The notes below the pieces were generated by a model. The model was not told where the DNA came from, made no database searches, and worked only from the letters and a program-made list of their open reading frames with translations. Positions 24,148-39,029 of a DNA stretch of 64,000 nucleotides are shown here, in pieces. How positions within the stretch are numbered: position 1 is the first letter of the stretch; each line of letters starts with the position of its first letter. The translations under genes were made by a program, and so were the position numbers. Origin of the DNA: Octopus vulgaris (Eukaryota); NCBI GenBank assembly GCA_951406725.2, contig OX597824.1:96286001-96350000 (forward strand), in the 5' to 3' direction.

Positions 24148-27045
24148 ATAATATTGTTGATGAAAGTGGTGAGAATGATGCAAGTGAAAGGTCCTGCCCT
24201 GAGCATATACCTGTAGTTGCAAAAAAGGAAAGGAAAAAAGGCACCTGCTCCGAAAGTCAGGGCACCCATGGTTTTTTTTTTATTAGGGTTTTTCTATAGG
24301 CAGCCATTGAGCATCTCCTCCCTAATGAGGATTACATATTGCTGATTTCTTTCTTTTTTCTTAGTCTGGTTTACACGCAAAACCCTCACAACACACTCAC
24401 ACACATTCTTTGTTTTGTTCTGTACGGTCCATAATGTTTTTCTTAGCGTAAACCCTTGTGGTTAATAAAGAAATCATTATTATTATTATTATTATTATTA
24501 TCATTGAATGAGAGAGCAGTACAAGCCATCAAAGTGACACTGAGGTAAAATATACGAAGCCCAGTATACCCATCATGACTACCTGTCTGATAAGGGTACA
24601 TTATTATTATTATTAAGATGGTGAGCTGACAGAACAGTTAGTATGCCAGGCAAAACGCTTAGAGGCATTTTGCCCATTTTCATTTTCTGGGTTAAAATTC
24701 TGCCAGGGTCAACTTTACCTTTCATCCTTTCAAGATTGACTGAACACCAGGGCCAATGTAGTCAACTTACCCTCTCCCTTGAAATTGCTGGCCTTGAGCC
24801 AAAATTGGAAATCACTATTATTATTATTATTATTATTATTATATGAAGGCAGCAAGCTGGCAGAACCAGAAGCACACTGAACAGAACGCTTGGCAGCATT
24901 TCATCCATCTTCACGTTCTGAGTTCAAGTCCTGCCAAGGTCGACTTTGCCTTTCATCCTTTCTGGGTCGATAAAATAAGTACCAGCTGAGCACTGGGGTC
25001 GATGTAATCGACTTGTCCCCTCCCCGAAAATTGATGCCCTTGTGGCAAAATTTCAAACCATTATGATTATTATTATTATTATTATTAATATCTTATTATG
25101 TTAATCTGAAAAAAATAATACAATTAAACAACATGAATGCTGAACCAAGATTACCTTGCTACCGTTTTTTTGGCGTTTTGATCTTACTGGTCCCAAGTAT
25201 TTGTGCATCTGTTGTTTTATCGTTGAAAATAAGTTACGTGGATGAAGTTACGTCCAAAATGAAAAAAATATATATTTCCAACAATTCACAATTACAAAAT
25301 ATTTTCACAGGTATTTTTATTTTTTGGACTTAAATATGATATTAATTCAGTTATAGATTATGTTCATTAAATTTGGTTCTTTTTTTCCCTTCTCGAGCCA
25401 TGCCTGGCTCATAAGGGCCGGTTTCCTTGGTGTATAGGTTCCCCACCTGGATGGGACGCCAGTCCGTCACAGGTGAGCTGCAAGATGCAGGAGGAAAGAG
25501 TCAGCAGAAGTTCGCCATTACCTTCTGTCAGAGGCGCATGGAACTTAGGTGTTTCGCTCATAAACACACAAATCGCCCGGTCTGAGATTCGAACCCGCGA
25601 TCCCTCGACCACAAGTCCGCTGCTCTAACCACTAGGCCTTGTGCCTCCACTAAAATAAATGCATCCTTTTAAAGCCTAGCCAGGCTCATGGGCGCATTTT
25701 CCCAGTTTCTATGGCATATGTGTTCCCCAGCCGGACGGGACGCCAGTCCATCGCAGCGTTACTAATTTTTGCCAGCTGAGTGGACTGGAGCAACGTGAAA
25801 TGAAGTGTTTTGCTCAAGAACACAACGCGTCGCCCGGTCCAGGAATCGAAACCACAATCTTACGATTATGATGCTGACACCCTAACCACTAATCCACGCA
25901 CCTCCACATAAATTTGGTTCTTGAAGACACTAGTTTCATGGAATAACACTTCCACTTATGATAATACTTTGAAGGCTAAGTATTTGTCTGGTAACTCCTT
26001 ACTACTTTCCAAGTTTCTTCCCTTATCCCACTGCTTCTCAACCAAGGTGCATATGACCTTTAGAGGTCCAGATAAGATTTTGTCATTAAAATATAAATGC
26101 AATAAATTGATTATATTTCTATAATACACAAAATATTTTAACGATTTTTTATACAATTCTTAATAAAATTTCATCACCATCATCATCGTTTAACGTCCGT
26201 TTTCTGTGCTAGCATAGGTTGGATGGTTCGACTGGGTTCTGGGAAGCCAGGAGGCAGCACCAGGCTCCAGTCTGATCTGGCAGTGTTTCTATAGCTGGAT
26301 GCCCTTCCTAACGCCAACCACTCCATGAGTGTAGTGGGTGCTTTTTACGTGCCACCGGCACAGAAGCTAGTCAAGGTGGCGTTGGCATTGGCCTCGTTCG
26401 GATAGTGCTTTTTACGTGCCACCGGCACAGGTATCACAACTACAATTTCCATTTGATATTTATTTTGATGTTATGTACTTGACTCAATAGGTCTCCTCAA
26501 GCACAGCAGGTCACGTGCCACCGACACAGAAGCCAGTCATTGATTATAAACATACAATAAGGGTTTGTTTTTTTTCATCAAATGGCTATGAGGGTTTGCC
26601 TGAGGAAGATAGGAGTCAATGGAGTCCACAGGCCAAAAAAATGGTTGAGAATCACTGCCTTAGTCATTTATTTCCAATATTCTCTGAAAACATGCCCAGC
26701 CATGGGGAAATATTAGCTTACTTGGAAACAAATAAGGGTTGGGGACAGGAACAGCATCTGGTTGCAGAAAATATACCTCAATAAACTTTGTCCAACGCAT
26801 GCAAGCATGGAAAAGCAGATGTTAAAATGATGATGATGTAGCCAAGGCATCCAACATTTTAATAAGTTATTGTGTATTCTGCTACAACAAAACAAAGGTA
26901 ATGTTTTACATTTTTATTTAATCAAATAGTAACTTAATCTGTTCATAATTAACCTTACAAAACCTTATTAGTGTTACGATGTGGTTGTTATAATGACCAT
27001 TACATAGTCAAAAATACAAGTGAAATTAGTAAATCTTTCACTGAC

Positions 27046-27115
27046 CTTGTTATTTGTAATTGTGGTTTTATTGTCTTCCATAGAGATTATAAACTTGCTA
27101 TCAAGTTCTTCCTCT
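27046..27115 (-). CDS. KIF16B: KIF16B-like exon 2 (EEELDSKFIISMEDNKTTITNNK)
   Basis: Polypyrimidine tract + CAG acceptor, GTCAGT donor, 70 nt, in frame; resembles KIF16B REKDLEAKFIIQMEKSKTTITNLK. Confidence 0.92.
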
Positions 27116-27759
27116 CTGAAAAAGAAAAAAAAAAAATGACAAAAATTGTTATAATTTAGTTCCATAAAAAGCTGAAATATAAATAATAAACCTCACATAT
27201 TTTTAATATATCTCAGATATAAACACAACACAAAAGACCATTGTATGAACCTTGTTCAAATTGCAGAGGCTTTGAAAGTTACTTTCATACCATTATTGTT
27301 TGATGAATGGCTGCATTTAGGCCCCTAAAAATGTAGCTAATTCAATACCTATTTGGCCAGTTTTAACATAAAAACAGGTAGAAAATTTTGGGCCAGATTT
27401 AGCTAGTTTAAATGCCAAAGGGTTAATGCTTATTTATTTACATTGTTTCGAATTAATCCTGCATTATCTTGTAGGCTTGCATATTTATTCTTAAAACATT
27501 ACGGTAGATTTGAATGCAAATATGTTAATCGCTGTTGTGTATGTCACAGGAGAACAGCTTCTCCTTTATGACAAATATGTGTTAATAACACACTCAATTC
27601 ATTATTGCAAGGGATTCTGGGGCATTGGTGTTTCAACATGTGACTTGTCAGCCACATGTGACCAATACTTAAGAATGTAACAAGAACTGGTGTCCTGTTT
27701 ACAAGTTCAGTAAACAAACTGTTCACAGACTCATACTGATATCTGCCAGCCAATATTCT

Positions 27760-28145
27760 TTTCTGCTCTAGGCACAAGGCCTGAAATTTTGGAGAAGGGG
27801 GCTAGTTGATTAGATTAACCCCAGTACGCAACTGGTACTTAATTTATCGACCCCGAAAGGATGAAAGGTAAAGTTGACCTCAGCAGAATTTGAACTCAGA
27901 ACGTAAAGACAGACGAAATACCTATTTCTTTACTACCCACAAGGGGCTAAACAGAGAGGACAGACAAGTACAGACAAACGGATTAAGTCGATTATATCGA
28001 CCCCAGTGCGTAACTGGTACTTATTTAATCGACCCCGAAAGGATGAAAGGCAATGTCGACCTCGGCGGAATTTGAACTCAGAACGTAAAGACAGATGGAA
28101 TACCGCTAAGCATTTTGCCCAGCGTGCTAACGATTCTGCCAGCAG
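27760..28145 (-). mobile_element. SINE family B, tandem/nested dimer
   Basis: Two successive copies of the GACCCCGAAAGGATGAAAGG..TTTGAACTCAGAACG block. Confidence 0.8.
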
Positions 28146-30787
28146 CCAATATTAACACTTAAGATATCAGTAAAATCTTCCGCTTCTTAAGCATTATCTC
28201 TGTAGATTGATAAGAACTCAAAATATGCAGTACTTGAGACAAATTATTCAGCAAATTATTTTTTGTCATGTGATTAACCAAATCTGCATAAATGTCTTTT
28301 ATCTGTACACACACATACACACACGTGTGTGTGTGTGTGTATGTGTGTGTGTGTGTTTGTATTTATCTCATGCACACAAGTATAATCATTTTCCAATTTT
28401 CTATAATACTATTTTTTTTTTCAGTCTCAATGGAATGGTAAGCTGTGTCAATGGTCTTTTCAGGACCTCAAACTCTGTGAGATTGACACAGTTACTGTTC
28501 CTCTTAAACTGCTCTCAAAAACTAAGAAGAAAACAGAAAAAATAATCCAGAATCCTTATCCAGTATCAGAGAGTTACTTCCCTTATATAACCCGAGCAAA
28601 AATCATTAAAAATGCGGAAAAATGATGGTAAATTTTTTTTTAAATCATAGATTCATCGTAGACGTGCACTAATACCCAGAAGGGCTCGATATGAATCACG
28701 ACTATAAGATACCTGCTTTTGGTTAAACTGCATTGCAAAATTTTGGAGTAGTTAGGAATCTAAATCAGAGGGGACAGAGTCTCACACACACAACTTCAAT
28801 TTTATATATAAAGATATGATATTGGAATTAGTGCAAGATGCCAGGCTTAGCCATTCAAGGGGCAAAAAGTTTGTATATGTGGACCAACAAACACAATAGA
28901 AAAGATTTGTAGGTGTCTGTTGTTATATTTTTCTTCTGTCATATGTTGTCACAACTACAACGAGGATCAAAATAACTGACAAATAACAATAATATCTTGA
29001 AGATCAAATATAACATTTAAATGAAAATAAGAAAACAAAATATCTATTAAACTGTCTTTATTGGGTCTGACAAGTTTTCCTGGTGCATGAACGGCGGGGA
29101 TATGGGAGCCGAAAGGTGAGGAGGGGAAATTTGAGTGAGTCAGCTATCTGTGAGCCGTTTATGAAGTTAATGACACATAATTAGCAACATTTCCTTGTAT
29201 AATGATGACCTTTCCCACCACATGCTTTCCATGACAGTTCACGGCTTGCTTACGCTCTCTTTCTCTTCTGCCAACTAAACAAGAACAATTTACTTCAGCA
29301 ATGGAAATAATAACAATACCACTATTGGCAGTGTGTAAACTAATTTCATTATGATGACTTTGTAAATAATCAGGGAAGTTAAATAGACAAAGACACACGG
29401 AATAACTATGTGCCTGTTATATGTACCATATTTTTACTTGGCATAAAAGACACACGCCCATCTTAAATGCACCTCAATTTCAGTAGCATGTCTTCAGGAA
29501 AAAGAACCTCAGGGTTAAAATTAACTTGAGAAGCCCAACTTTACATATAGAACCTGGGTGATTTTTTTTATGAGACAACTTTTTTTGGTAAAAAAAAAAA
29601 ATGTTTTATATGCCACCAAATATGGTAACAAACCTACAATAGGAAGGATGTATGCAAAACAGACACAAAAAAATCTACAGTAGAGAATATATATATTGTT
29701 AGAGATGTTATTCAGATAAATAATCCATTGAATTTTGAGATTTTCAATGTGTCATGGTTTTAGCTATAAGTACCAATTTAAAACAGAAAAGAGAAATGAG
29801 AACACTGCTGCCTTTCGTGTCTTAAATTGGTGCCTATTTCTAAAATTCCTGTTCTAACTAGGTTATTCTGTACGAGAAAACGAAAGAGCCAAATTAGGAC
29901 AGCTATAACTCTTAATGGCTTTTACTCAGTGACTTTGACAGTGCAATAAATCAGATCCTAACTCTACACCTGACATACAGATGCAGGCAGGCATGGCTTG
30001 GGTGGTTAAGACACTCCCTTGACAACCGTGTAATTTAGGGTTCAGACCCATTGCATGGCACCTTGGACAAGTGTCTTCTGCTATAGCCCTGTGCTGACCA
30101 ATGCCTTGCGAGTGAATTTGTAAGACGGGAACTGTGTGGAACCCCAATCATATGTATATAATGTATACATGCATATATACATATGTGCATCAACATCAAA
30201 AATCAAATGAAAATTGCAGTTGTGATACCTGTGCCGGTGGCACGTAAAAAGCACCATCCGAACGTGGCTGATGCCAGTGCCGCCTTGACTGGCTTCCGTG
30301 CCAGTGGCACGTAAAAAGCACCAACTGATCGTGGCCGTTGCCAGCCTTCCCTGGCCCCTGTGCCGGTGGCATGTAAAAAGCACCCACTACACTCACAGAG
30401 TGGTTGGTATTAGGAAGGGCATCCAGCTGTAGAAACACTGCCAGATCAGACCGGAGCCTGGTGCAGCCTCCTGGCTTCCCAGACCCCAGTCGAATCGTCC
30501 AACCCATGCTAGCATGGAAAATGGACGTTAAACGATGATGATGATTCTGTGTGTGTGTGTGAGTGTTTGTCCCTCCATCGCTTGACAACTGGTGTTGGTT
30601 TACTTACATCTTTGTAATTTAGCGGTTCAGCAAAAGAGACCGATACAATAAGTACCAGACTTAAAAAAAGACCAAAAAAAAAAAACCATAAGTAAGTATT
30701 AGGTTCAATTTGTTTAACTAAAACCCTTAAAAGTGGAACCCCCAGCATGGCTGCAGTCCAATAACTGAAACAGATAAAAGAAATTAA

Positions 30788-31181
30788 TCTCTCTATATAT
30801 AAAGCTGAAGTTGTCTGTGTGTGGCAGGTTTGGTAGCCTTTAACTAATTCTATCTCCTCCAAGACCCTGCAGTGCAAGTTGACCAAAATTGAGAGTATGA
30901 TAAAAGAAGGCTTGCTCTTCATTCCGTAGAAGATAAAATTCAAATCGGACCATGTTAACACCAAAAATTATTTACATCAAAAAGGGTGCTTTTTTTTCTA
31001 TGAAAATCCCTATTTTTTACGATTTTTTGACTGCTGTGTTGCCATTTTTCGGTGTATTTCAACCAGAAAAATGTTCACTTAAAGAGAATAACAAAGTACA
31101 TAATGCAAAATTTTTACTTTTCAAAAATTCCAATTCTAAAGGGTCGAAACAAACCCGAGCAACGTGGGGTGATACTGGTAG
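30788..31181 (+). mobile_element. Non-autonomous Helitron
   Basis: A|TC 5' end, subterminal CCCG..GGG hairpin, (C/G)TAG|T 3' end; near-identical to 53192-53556. Confidence 0.75.
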
Positions 31182-33194
31182 TTAAAGATAAGACCAAATT
31201 AGGTGGAGGTGAGCCAATAACTGAAATAATCTAATGGCTTCAATTGAGGTAAATCATATAGGTACAAGTGTACTGAATGACATAGGCGTAAATTTCTTAA
31301 TACGGTGAAATTCCTCTCTTAGTAGGCGAAAGAAAACAAAGACCAACAGTAATTGTTGGTGGCTCACAAAAAGATGGGGAGATAATTTTAAGAAATGAAT
31401 GATTCATTATTGGGGGAGGGTGGTGAGAATTGCATATTAATGAGCTTGGTAGCTATCAGGACTGAGCTATCAGTTTGTTAGCTATCAGGACTTAGAAATC
31501 TTTCTAGGACACCTTTTAAATATTCTTCCTTTTTCTTTTACTTTCTTCAGTCAGTTGACTGCAGCCATGCTGGAGCACTGCCTTTAGTCAATCAAATCGA
31601 GCCCAGGATTTATTCTTTGTAAACCTAGTTAGTACTTATACTATCAGTCTTTTTTGCCAAACCACTAAATTACGGGAACGTAAACATACCAACATTGGTG
31701 CCAAGTGTATCAATAATGATCTTCCTTTATACGACTGTTAAAACCTCCCGTTAGCTATGATGGTGAATTATCCATTGCTTACCTGTGTCTGCAGTGATTC
31801 ACAACAGTTTATTGTAAAAGTATTTCTTCACATCAGTCACACCAGGTGTCCTTTATATCATCATCATCATCATCACCATCATCCAGTAGCATTACTGGAG
31901 TGTGCGTGTGTGTGTGTGTGTGTGTGGGAGGGGGGGGGCTACTCCACCAGGCCACATTTTCCCGAGGCAGCGTTTTTAGCAATGGGTGAGTGGAACTGAA
32001 GAGCAGCCCTCGGCAGCGCACACTGTAGCTCTGCCACAGTCATCATCTTTGTTTTAATATTAGGCAACAAGCTAGTAGAAACGTTAGCACGATGGGAGAA
32101 ATGCTTAGAGGTATTTCATCTGTCTTTACGTTCTGAGTTCAAATTCCGCTGAGGTTGACTTTGCCTTTCATCCTTTCACGGTCAATAAATTAAGTACCAG
32201 TTGTGTACTGAGGTCGATCTAGCTGACTAGCCCCATCCCCTAAAATTTCAGGCTTTGTGCCTAGAGTAGAAAAGAATATTAGATTATTTTCATACTGGGG
32301 CATCGGCTGAATGACTCAGTCATACACCATGTTAGCACGGATCTCAGTTGTTTGTCATCTCATCTCTGAAGCTCAATCTTTTTTGCCAAATCACTAAGTC
32401 ACAGGGATGTAAACACACCAACAACGGTTGTCAAGTAGTGGTAGGGACAAACACATACACATACATATACATATATACGATGGGCTTCTTTTCATTTTCT
32501 GTCAACTAAATCCACTCACAAGGCTTTGGTCAGCCCAAGGCTACAGTAGAAGACACTTGCCCAAAGTGCCCTGCAGTGGGATTGACCTCAGAGCCATGTG
32601 GTTGGGAAGCAAGCATCTCACCACACAGCCACACCTGTGCCAAAAATCTCATTGCTAGCATTTGGTATCTTTTCCCTTCTCTATGGTATCACATGTTTCT
32701 CTACAATTTTTGCAGGCTTATTTTTGAGTGGCACCAATTTGATAGTTTCTGAGACTTTACCAGTACAAAAATAAAATAACATTTCTTATGACCTCATTGA
32801 CTGCATTGTTTAAACAATACTGTCTTTCTCTATTTAAAAAACAGGTTTTAATAGTTTGTCAAGGTAAGTTTTTGCTACTCAATCTAAACACAGATTTACA
32901 GATAAAAATGTAAATAGAGATTTAAACCCAACTAGAAGGAACTGCACCTGAACAAAACAACAAATTAAATACTAATATTGATACTATTACAGAGATGTAC
33001 TTGCATAGCAAGTGACCTGATCTGAGATTGTGTGCTGAAACAAAAACAATTAGAGCATGGAAGGTGTTTATAAGCTATTTAAAAACACAAAAACTGTTAG
33101 ATTCTCTTCAACATTTAAATTTAATTAGCCAAAGTATTTTCGTTGCTTTGAGACTGTAACCTGTTCACTGACAAAATTCTGTGCTGAGTGCCGC

Positions 33195-33700
33195 TGGACT
33201 GATTTCTGTGCAGGTGGCAAGTAAAGAAACACTATTTCGATCCTGTGCTTGAGGAGACCTATTGAGTCAAGTACATCAACATCAAAATAAATATCAAATG
33301 GAAATTGTAGTTGTGATCCCTGTGCCGGTGGCACATAAAAAGCTCCATCTGAACATGGCTGATGCCAGCGCCGCCTTGACTGGCTTCCGTGCTGGTGGCA
33401 CGTAAAAAGCACCAACCGATTGTGGCCGCTGCCAGCCTCTGCTGGCACCTGTGCCGGTGGCACGTAAAAAGCATCAATCGATCATGTCCATTGCCAGCCT
33501 TGCCTGGCACGTAAAAAGCACCCACTACACTCTCGGAGTGGTTGGCGTTAGGAAGGGCATCCAGCTGTAGAAACACTGCCAGATCAAGACTGGAGCCTGG
33601 TGCAGCCTCCTGGCTTCCCAGACCCAGGTCGAACCGTCCAACCCATGCTAGCATGGAAAACGGACGTTAAACGATGATGATGATGATGATGATGATGATG
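33195..33700 (+). mobile_element. SINE family D
   Basis: Four internal GGCACGTAAAAAGCA units plus conserved tail and (GAT)n. Confidence 0.82.
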
Positions 33701-34022
33701 TTGAAGTGAATCCAATGGTTTCTGTTTCTTAAATGGCTTATAAACACCTTCCAAGCTGCAATATTGATACTGTTTGTTTGTTGTAAAGACTACAGCTTTC
33801 CTCTGTGTCAATTTTCAGTATTAGGGTCCTTGCCTGATGCTGCTAAATATTATTAACTACTTCTGTTAGTGATGTTTTGAAATGTCCCTTTTTGCTATTG
33901 TATGGACCCCAAGTCAGCCCTGATCAAGCATACTGGCAAAAATTAAAGAATGGAGGAAGAAATGCCATGAACTTTTAACTCTGCTGGAAATAAAAGGATT
34001 CTTTTTCAATAAATGTCAGTTA

Positions 34023-34199
34023 TAGGCATAGGAGTGGATGTGTGGTAAGTAGCTTGCTTACGAACTACATAGTTCTGGGGTCAGTCCCACTGCGTGGCAT
34101 CTTGGGCAAGTGTCTTCTGCTATAGCCCTGGGCCGACCAATGCCTTGTGAGTGGATTTGGTAGACGGAAACTGAAAGAAGCCCATCGTGTATATGTGTG

Positions 34200-34232
<33 letters not shown>

Positions 34233-34465
34233 ATATGTGTGTGTGAGTGTGTGTCTGTGCATGCATGTGTGTGCGTCTGTGCTATTTTCCTTCCATTGCT
34301 TGGTAACTGTTGGTTTGTTTATGTCCCCATAACTTAGTGGTTCAGCAAAAAAGACAGACTTAAAATAAGCAGTGGGGGTGATTTGTTTGACTAAACCATA
34401 TAAGGCAGGTACTCCAGGATGGCCACAGTCCAATGACTGAAACAATTAAAACAAAAGACAAAAAG
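34023..34465 (+). mobile_element. tRNA-derived SINE family A
   Basis: Colinear with 55673-56079. Confidence 0.8.
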
Positions 34466-37400
34466 AGAAAAGATATTGAGAGCATAGTGTGGTTTGTTTT
34501 GTGTGTGTACATGCATGTGTGTGTGTGTGTGCATGTGTGTGTACATGCATGTATGTGTGCATGTGTGTGCGCACATGCATGTGTGTGTGCATGTGTGTGC
34601 GCACATGCATGTGTGTGTATGTGTACGTGTATGTGCTGTAAGTATTATATAGACATGCCACGTCTTTATCATATCATATCACTGAATGAATTATTCTTTA
34701 CAATATCAATAAGTCTAATTGCTCTAATTACACATCAGATCCAGTATATACTGTTTTAATTAATTAATAAGAGATATGCTATATAATTAACAGAAAAACC
34801 TTTTCAAAGATGCCTTTTTATTCATTACACTTATAAACCTCATATTTCAAAACCATTTGCTTATTATTCCTTAAATAAAATTCACATAAAGCGAAATTAT
34901 AAATAGATTCATAGTCTGTTCTGCATAGCTTGACACAGAAACTAGTCAGACCTCCAGTTGCATGTCTCATTATATTTAATTTCTGTAAAGTCTTGGCTTG
35001 GCTCTAAGCAGCAGTTACAATGACCAATATTATGTTGCACGAACTAGTAGCAGAACACAGGTGATTCATTCTAACCGTACGAATAAAAATGACTAAAATA
35101 ACCAAGAGGACGTGTATACTTTGATTAATTGCTGGGTTGGACAGGATGTCTTTTCATTACGACACTTCACATATAAAATATACCAGCTATATTTCAAGGT
35201 ACACTGTCAGATAAATTTGATTAATTATTTAATTACTTTCTTTTCAAAAGATTTGACACTTTGCTATTTTCTTTTTCATTTATCAACATACATGTACAAT
35301 CCTTCGTTAACTTCTTTTTCTCGTTAAGTCCTTTAAGTGTACATAGTAATGTTATCAAAACATTTAAAAAAAAAATTTATTAGCCCTTTTCAAGCCTAGC
35401 CAGGCTCATGGGCCCAGTTTCCCAGTTTCTGTGGCGTATGTGTTCCCCCCAGCTGGACGGGACTCCAGTCCATTGTACCGTTACCCAAGAAACAGGAAGA
35501 AAGAGTGAGAGAAAGTTCAACCACGGGTAATTGACACACATCAAGAAGTATTCTCAAAGTTTCCACTTCACATGAGGATTCTAAGACACCCTAATGAGGG
35601 GCCTTAACTCCCAAATTTTAGTCATTTCTTTTATGATTCAAAACTAGGTCAAAAGTACTGAATGGATCTTTAGGGAATTTGGAAATTATATTCTATGCAT
35701 AAGGGCCACAACCCCCATGACAATGCATATATTTTTGCTGTTGATGAAATTTTAACCATACATATTATATACAAATGAAGTAATAATTATAAAATTTCAT
35801 CTTCTTACAAGTTAGAAAGACCCTTTCATGGGGATTTAACACCCACAATTTAGTAATCTTATCTAAGCAAAGGCAAATACAGTTGTACTCTTGGAAGCTG
35901 TAGTGTCACCAGAGCACAAAAGATGAGCGTTATTTGTAATTCAATGGTACAACAGTGTAAGAGTTTGCTTTGACATACACTTAGATTGTGATTTCTGCAA
36001 TGTGCTGCATAAATTGTCAAGTAAATGAGAGGCATCTTTGCTTCCACTGATTCAGTTGCAAAGTGTTGAGTAAAGTTATTTGATTGCAGATCTCCTTTCA
36101 GTCTTTTTATTATCACTGGGTCACACAGTTCCCAGATGGTAACATTGATTTCAAGGTCTTCCCAGATGAATGACTGGTTATTCAAAGACATTTATAGAAT
36201 GTAAATTTATTCTGTCCAGTTACGTATCAGTATAGTGGTCATTTACAAAGTCCAACTTTCATTTTTCCTTAGCCCTCACGTCACACAGTTGTTAATGTTT
36301 ATTTCAGTTGGGTCACGCCCTTCCAATTGCTATAGATTCGTAACGCATCTTACTGGCTGTGCCTGTCACCTGGATGGTGAGGAATCCTACATTGGGAGTG
36401 GTACTGACTAGGGTACTGTAGCTGACTGCTTTTTGTGATCATTCGTCTTTTGGTTTCCTGTAGCTTTGCTCTCTTTTACAAACCCAGTGAACATATATTT
36501 CCTATTTCAAAGAAATTCAAACAATAGATATAGGACCCAAGTTAAAAAGATTCTCAACAATTCAACTTCTCTGGTTCACATTAAAACGCCCACCCCCAAC
36601 TCTCACATTTTAGAGCTCCATGACCTCCATTTTTCAGGAACAAAATCCTTTTAACAGGTTCTATAAGACTGGAATTTTGGAATATGCGCATAAAAATCAG
36701 CAGTACGGGATACAAGTGGCACGATTACAATTTTTTTAGGGTGTGTAAATCTGCAATTTTGATGAAATTCGAAACATAGATATTCCAGTTCATTACAGAA
36801 AATATAACAGAAAATGTCTAATTCTTCAATTGCATGTAACACGGGCAACTCCGGGTAACTCTTCTAGTTACTTATAAGTTTAATAAGGTAACGAGATGTC
36901 AGAATCATTAGCATGCTGGACAAAATACTTAGCAGTATTTCACCCATCACTATGTTCTGAGTTCAAATTCCGCCAAGGTAAACTTTGCCTTTCATCCTAT
37001 TGTGGTCAATGAAATAAATACCAGTTGAACACTGCCCTTGTGGCAAAATTTTGAAATAACTATTTACAAATTTTATTTACTTTGAATTCCATAATTAAAA
37101 ACGAATTATTTCCCATCTCCCCAAGTTCCCAAATTCTTATGACATGAATAATTAATAATTAACCCTTTATATACATATATATAATGTGAAGGTGCATGGC
37201 TCAGTGGTTAGAGTGTCAAGCTTACGATCGTGAGGTTGTGAGTTCGATTCCTAAACCAAGCTGCGTGTTGTGTTCTTGAGCAAGACACTTTATTTCAGGT
37301 TGCTCCAGTTAACTCAGCTGTAGAAACAAGTTGCGACATCACTGGTGCATCGGACTTTGCCTTTCCCTTGGATAACATCAGTGGTGTGGAGAGGGGTGGC

Positions 37401-39029
37401 TGGTATGCATGGGCGACTGCTGGCCTTCCATAAACAATCTTGCCTGGACTTGTACCTTGGCGGGTAACTTTCTAGGTGCAATCCCATGGTCATTCATGAC
37501 CAAAGGGGTCTCCCATCCTCCCAACCCTTTAGCATTTGATCCAGCTGTATCCAGCCGAAATATTCTTCTTGTTTTATGTTCAACCTGGCCTGGTCAAGCC
37601 TCTCGCACCAACTGTAAATAAGTATTACATTTAACAGAGTAATCTGAATGCTAAACGGTTAAAACCACGATGCACCTAAACGTCCTTTACAATGCAGCAG
37701 TGAAGTGTTTAAAGAATCAGTGATCTCAATATTTAAAGTTTTAAAGGTGGGAACAGATAAGAAGGTGCTAAGCTTTTTATCTCACAATTGTGGATTTATA
37801 TGTTATCAGGAGGGCACGTGGCCTAGTAGTCAGAGTGATGCATTCACAATCGTGAGATTGCAGTTTCAATTCCTAGATTGGGTGGTGCATTATGTTCTTG
37901 AGCAAAACACTTCATCTCATGCTACTCTGCAATCACTTCAACACTTAATGCGTGATGCACACCGTGGCACCTGTTCAGGTGACGTTAACTTGATGGGGGA
38001 GGGTGGGAGCTAATGTCCAGCGCATACTTCTGATCACAATAAAGCAGGTCATTTGACAAGAGCTGATCACTCAAACATCTTTGATCAGAAAGTCTATCAT
38101 ACTATATGGAAGAATATGGTATCTCCTCCATTTATCTAGAAATTAACTATTAAAAAGAGTCAAGACTATTGAAAAGGTTGCAAGATGCAACAAAAATTTT
38201 AGGACAATAAAAATAAGAAAAACATGGAAATTTTACCAGTGAGTGTGTTAAATTATAAGGCACAAAAAGAAAATGACTCTCCCCAGACACAACAAAAGAT
38301 GATAAACTTATATAGAAATGGCTGTGTGGTTAAGAAGCTCACCTTGCAACCACTTGGTCTGGGTTCAGTCCCACTGTGTGGCACCTTAGGCAAGTGTCTT
38401 TTACTACAGCCCAGGGTCAATCAATGCCTATGAGTGAATTTGGCAAATGGAAACTTTGGAAGCTCATATGTGTGTGTGTGTGTGTGTATGTGTGTACATA
38501 CATGTACACACACACACACACACATACATACTAGCAGTTATACCCATCATTGATTGGGTAATTACTTTTATTGTTTCTCAGGCCGAGAAGCTAGAGAAAT
38601 GGGTATATTATATAGAAGAATAGCTTTATGGAATCCAGTTGACTACGATGGCACTGAGAAGGCTACAGGTCAAGTGGAACATCCATTTGTCACTGTTCCT
38701 TTTGATGTTTGAATAGACTGTATGCCAAAGGAGAATTGAAAGATTCAGTTTGAACGTGAATGAAGCCAGAAGAATAGCTTTACGGAATCCAGGTGAGTGT
38801 TCGATGGCACTGAGAAGTCTACAGGTGAAGTGGAAGACTCATTTGTCACGGTTTCTTTTGACATTTGAATAGGCTGTAAGCCAAAGGAGAATTGAAAGAT
38901 TCAGTTTGGAATCTGAACCAGGGTGAGACTACGACTACTGTTTTAGGTTTACTCAGCCTGTATGTGTGTATTATATGAGAGAAAAACATGTAATAATTGA
39001 AGTAGAAAAAAAGATGGATTTCATATACA

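Noticed and set aside
29232-29300. Minus-strand GTAAGC donor-like site as an alternative KIF16B exon
   Set aside because: No kinesin-like sequence and no supported acceptor or start; cannot be supported from sequence alone
33300-33530. Repeat-spacer pattern resembling a CRISPR array
   Set aside because: Eukaryotic intron, spacers are related to each other, part of a dispersed SINE, no cas genes
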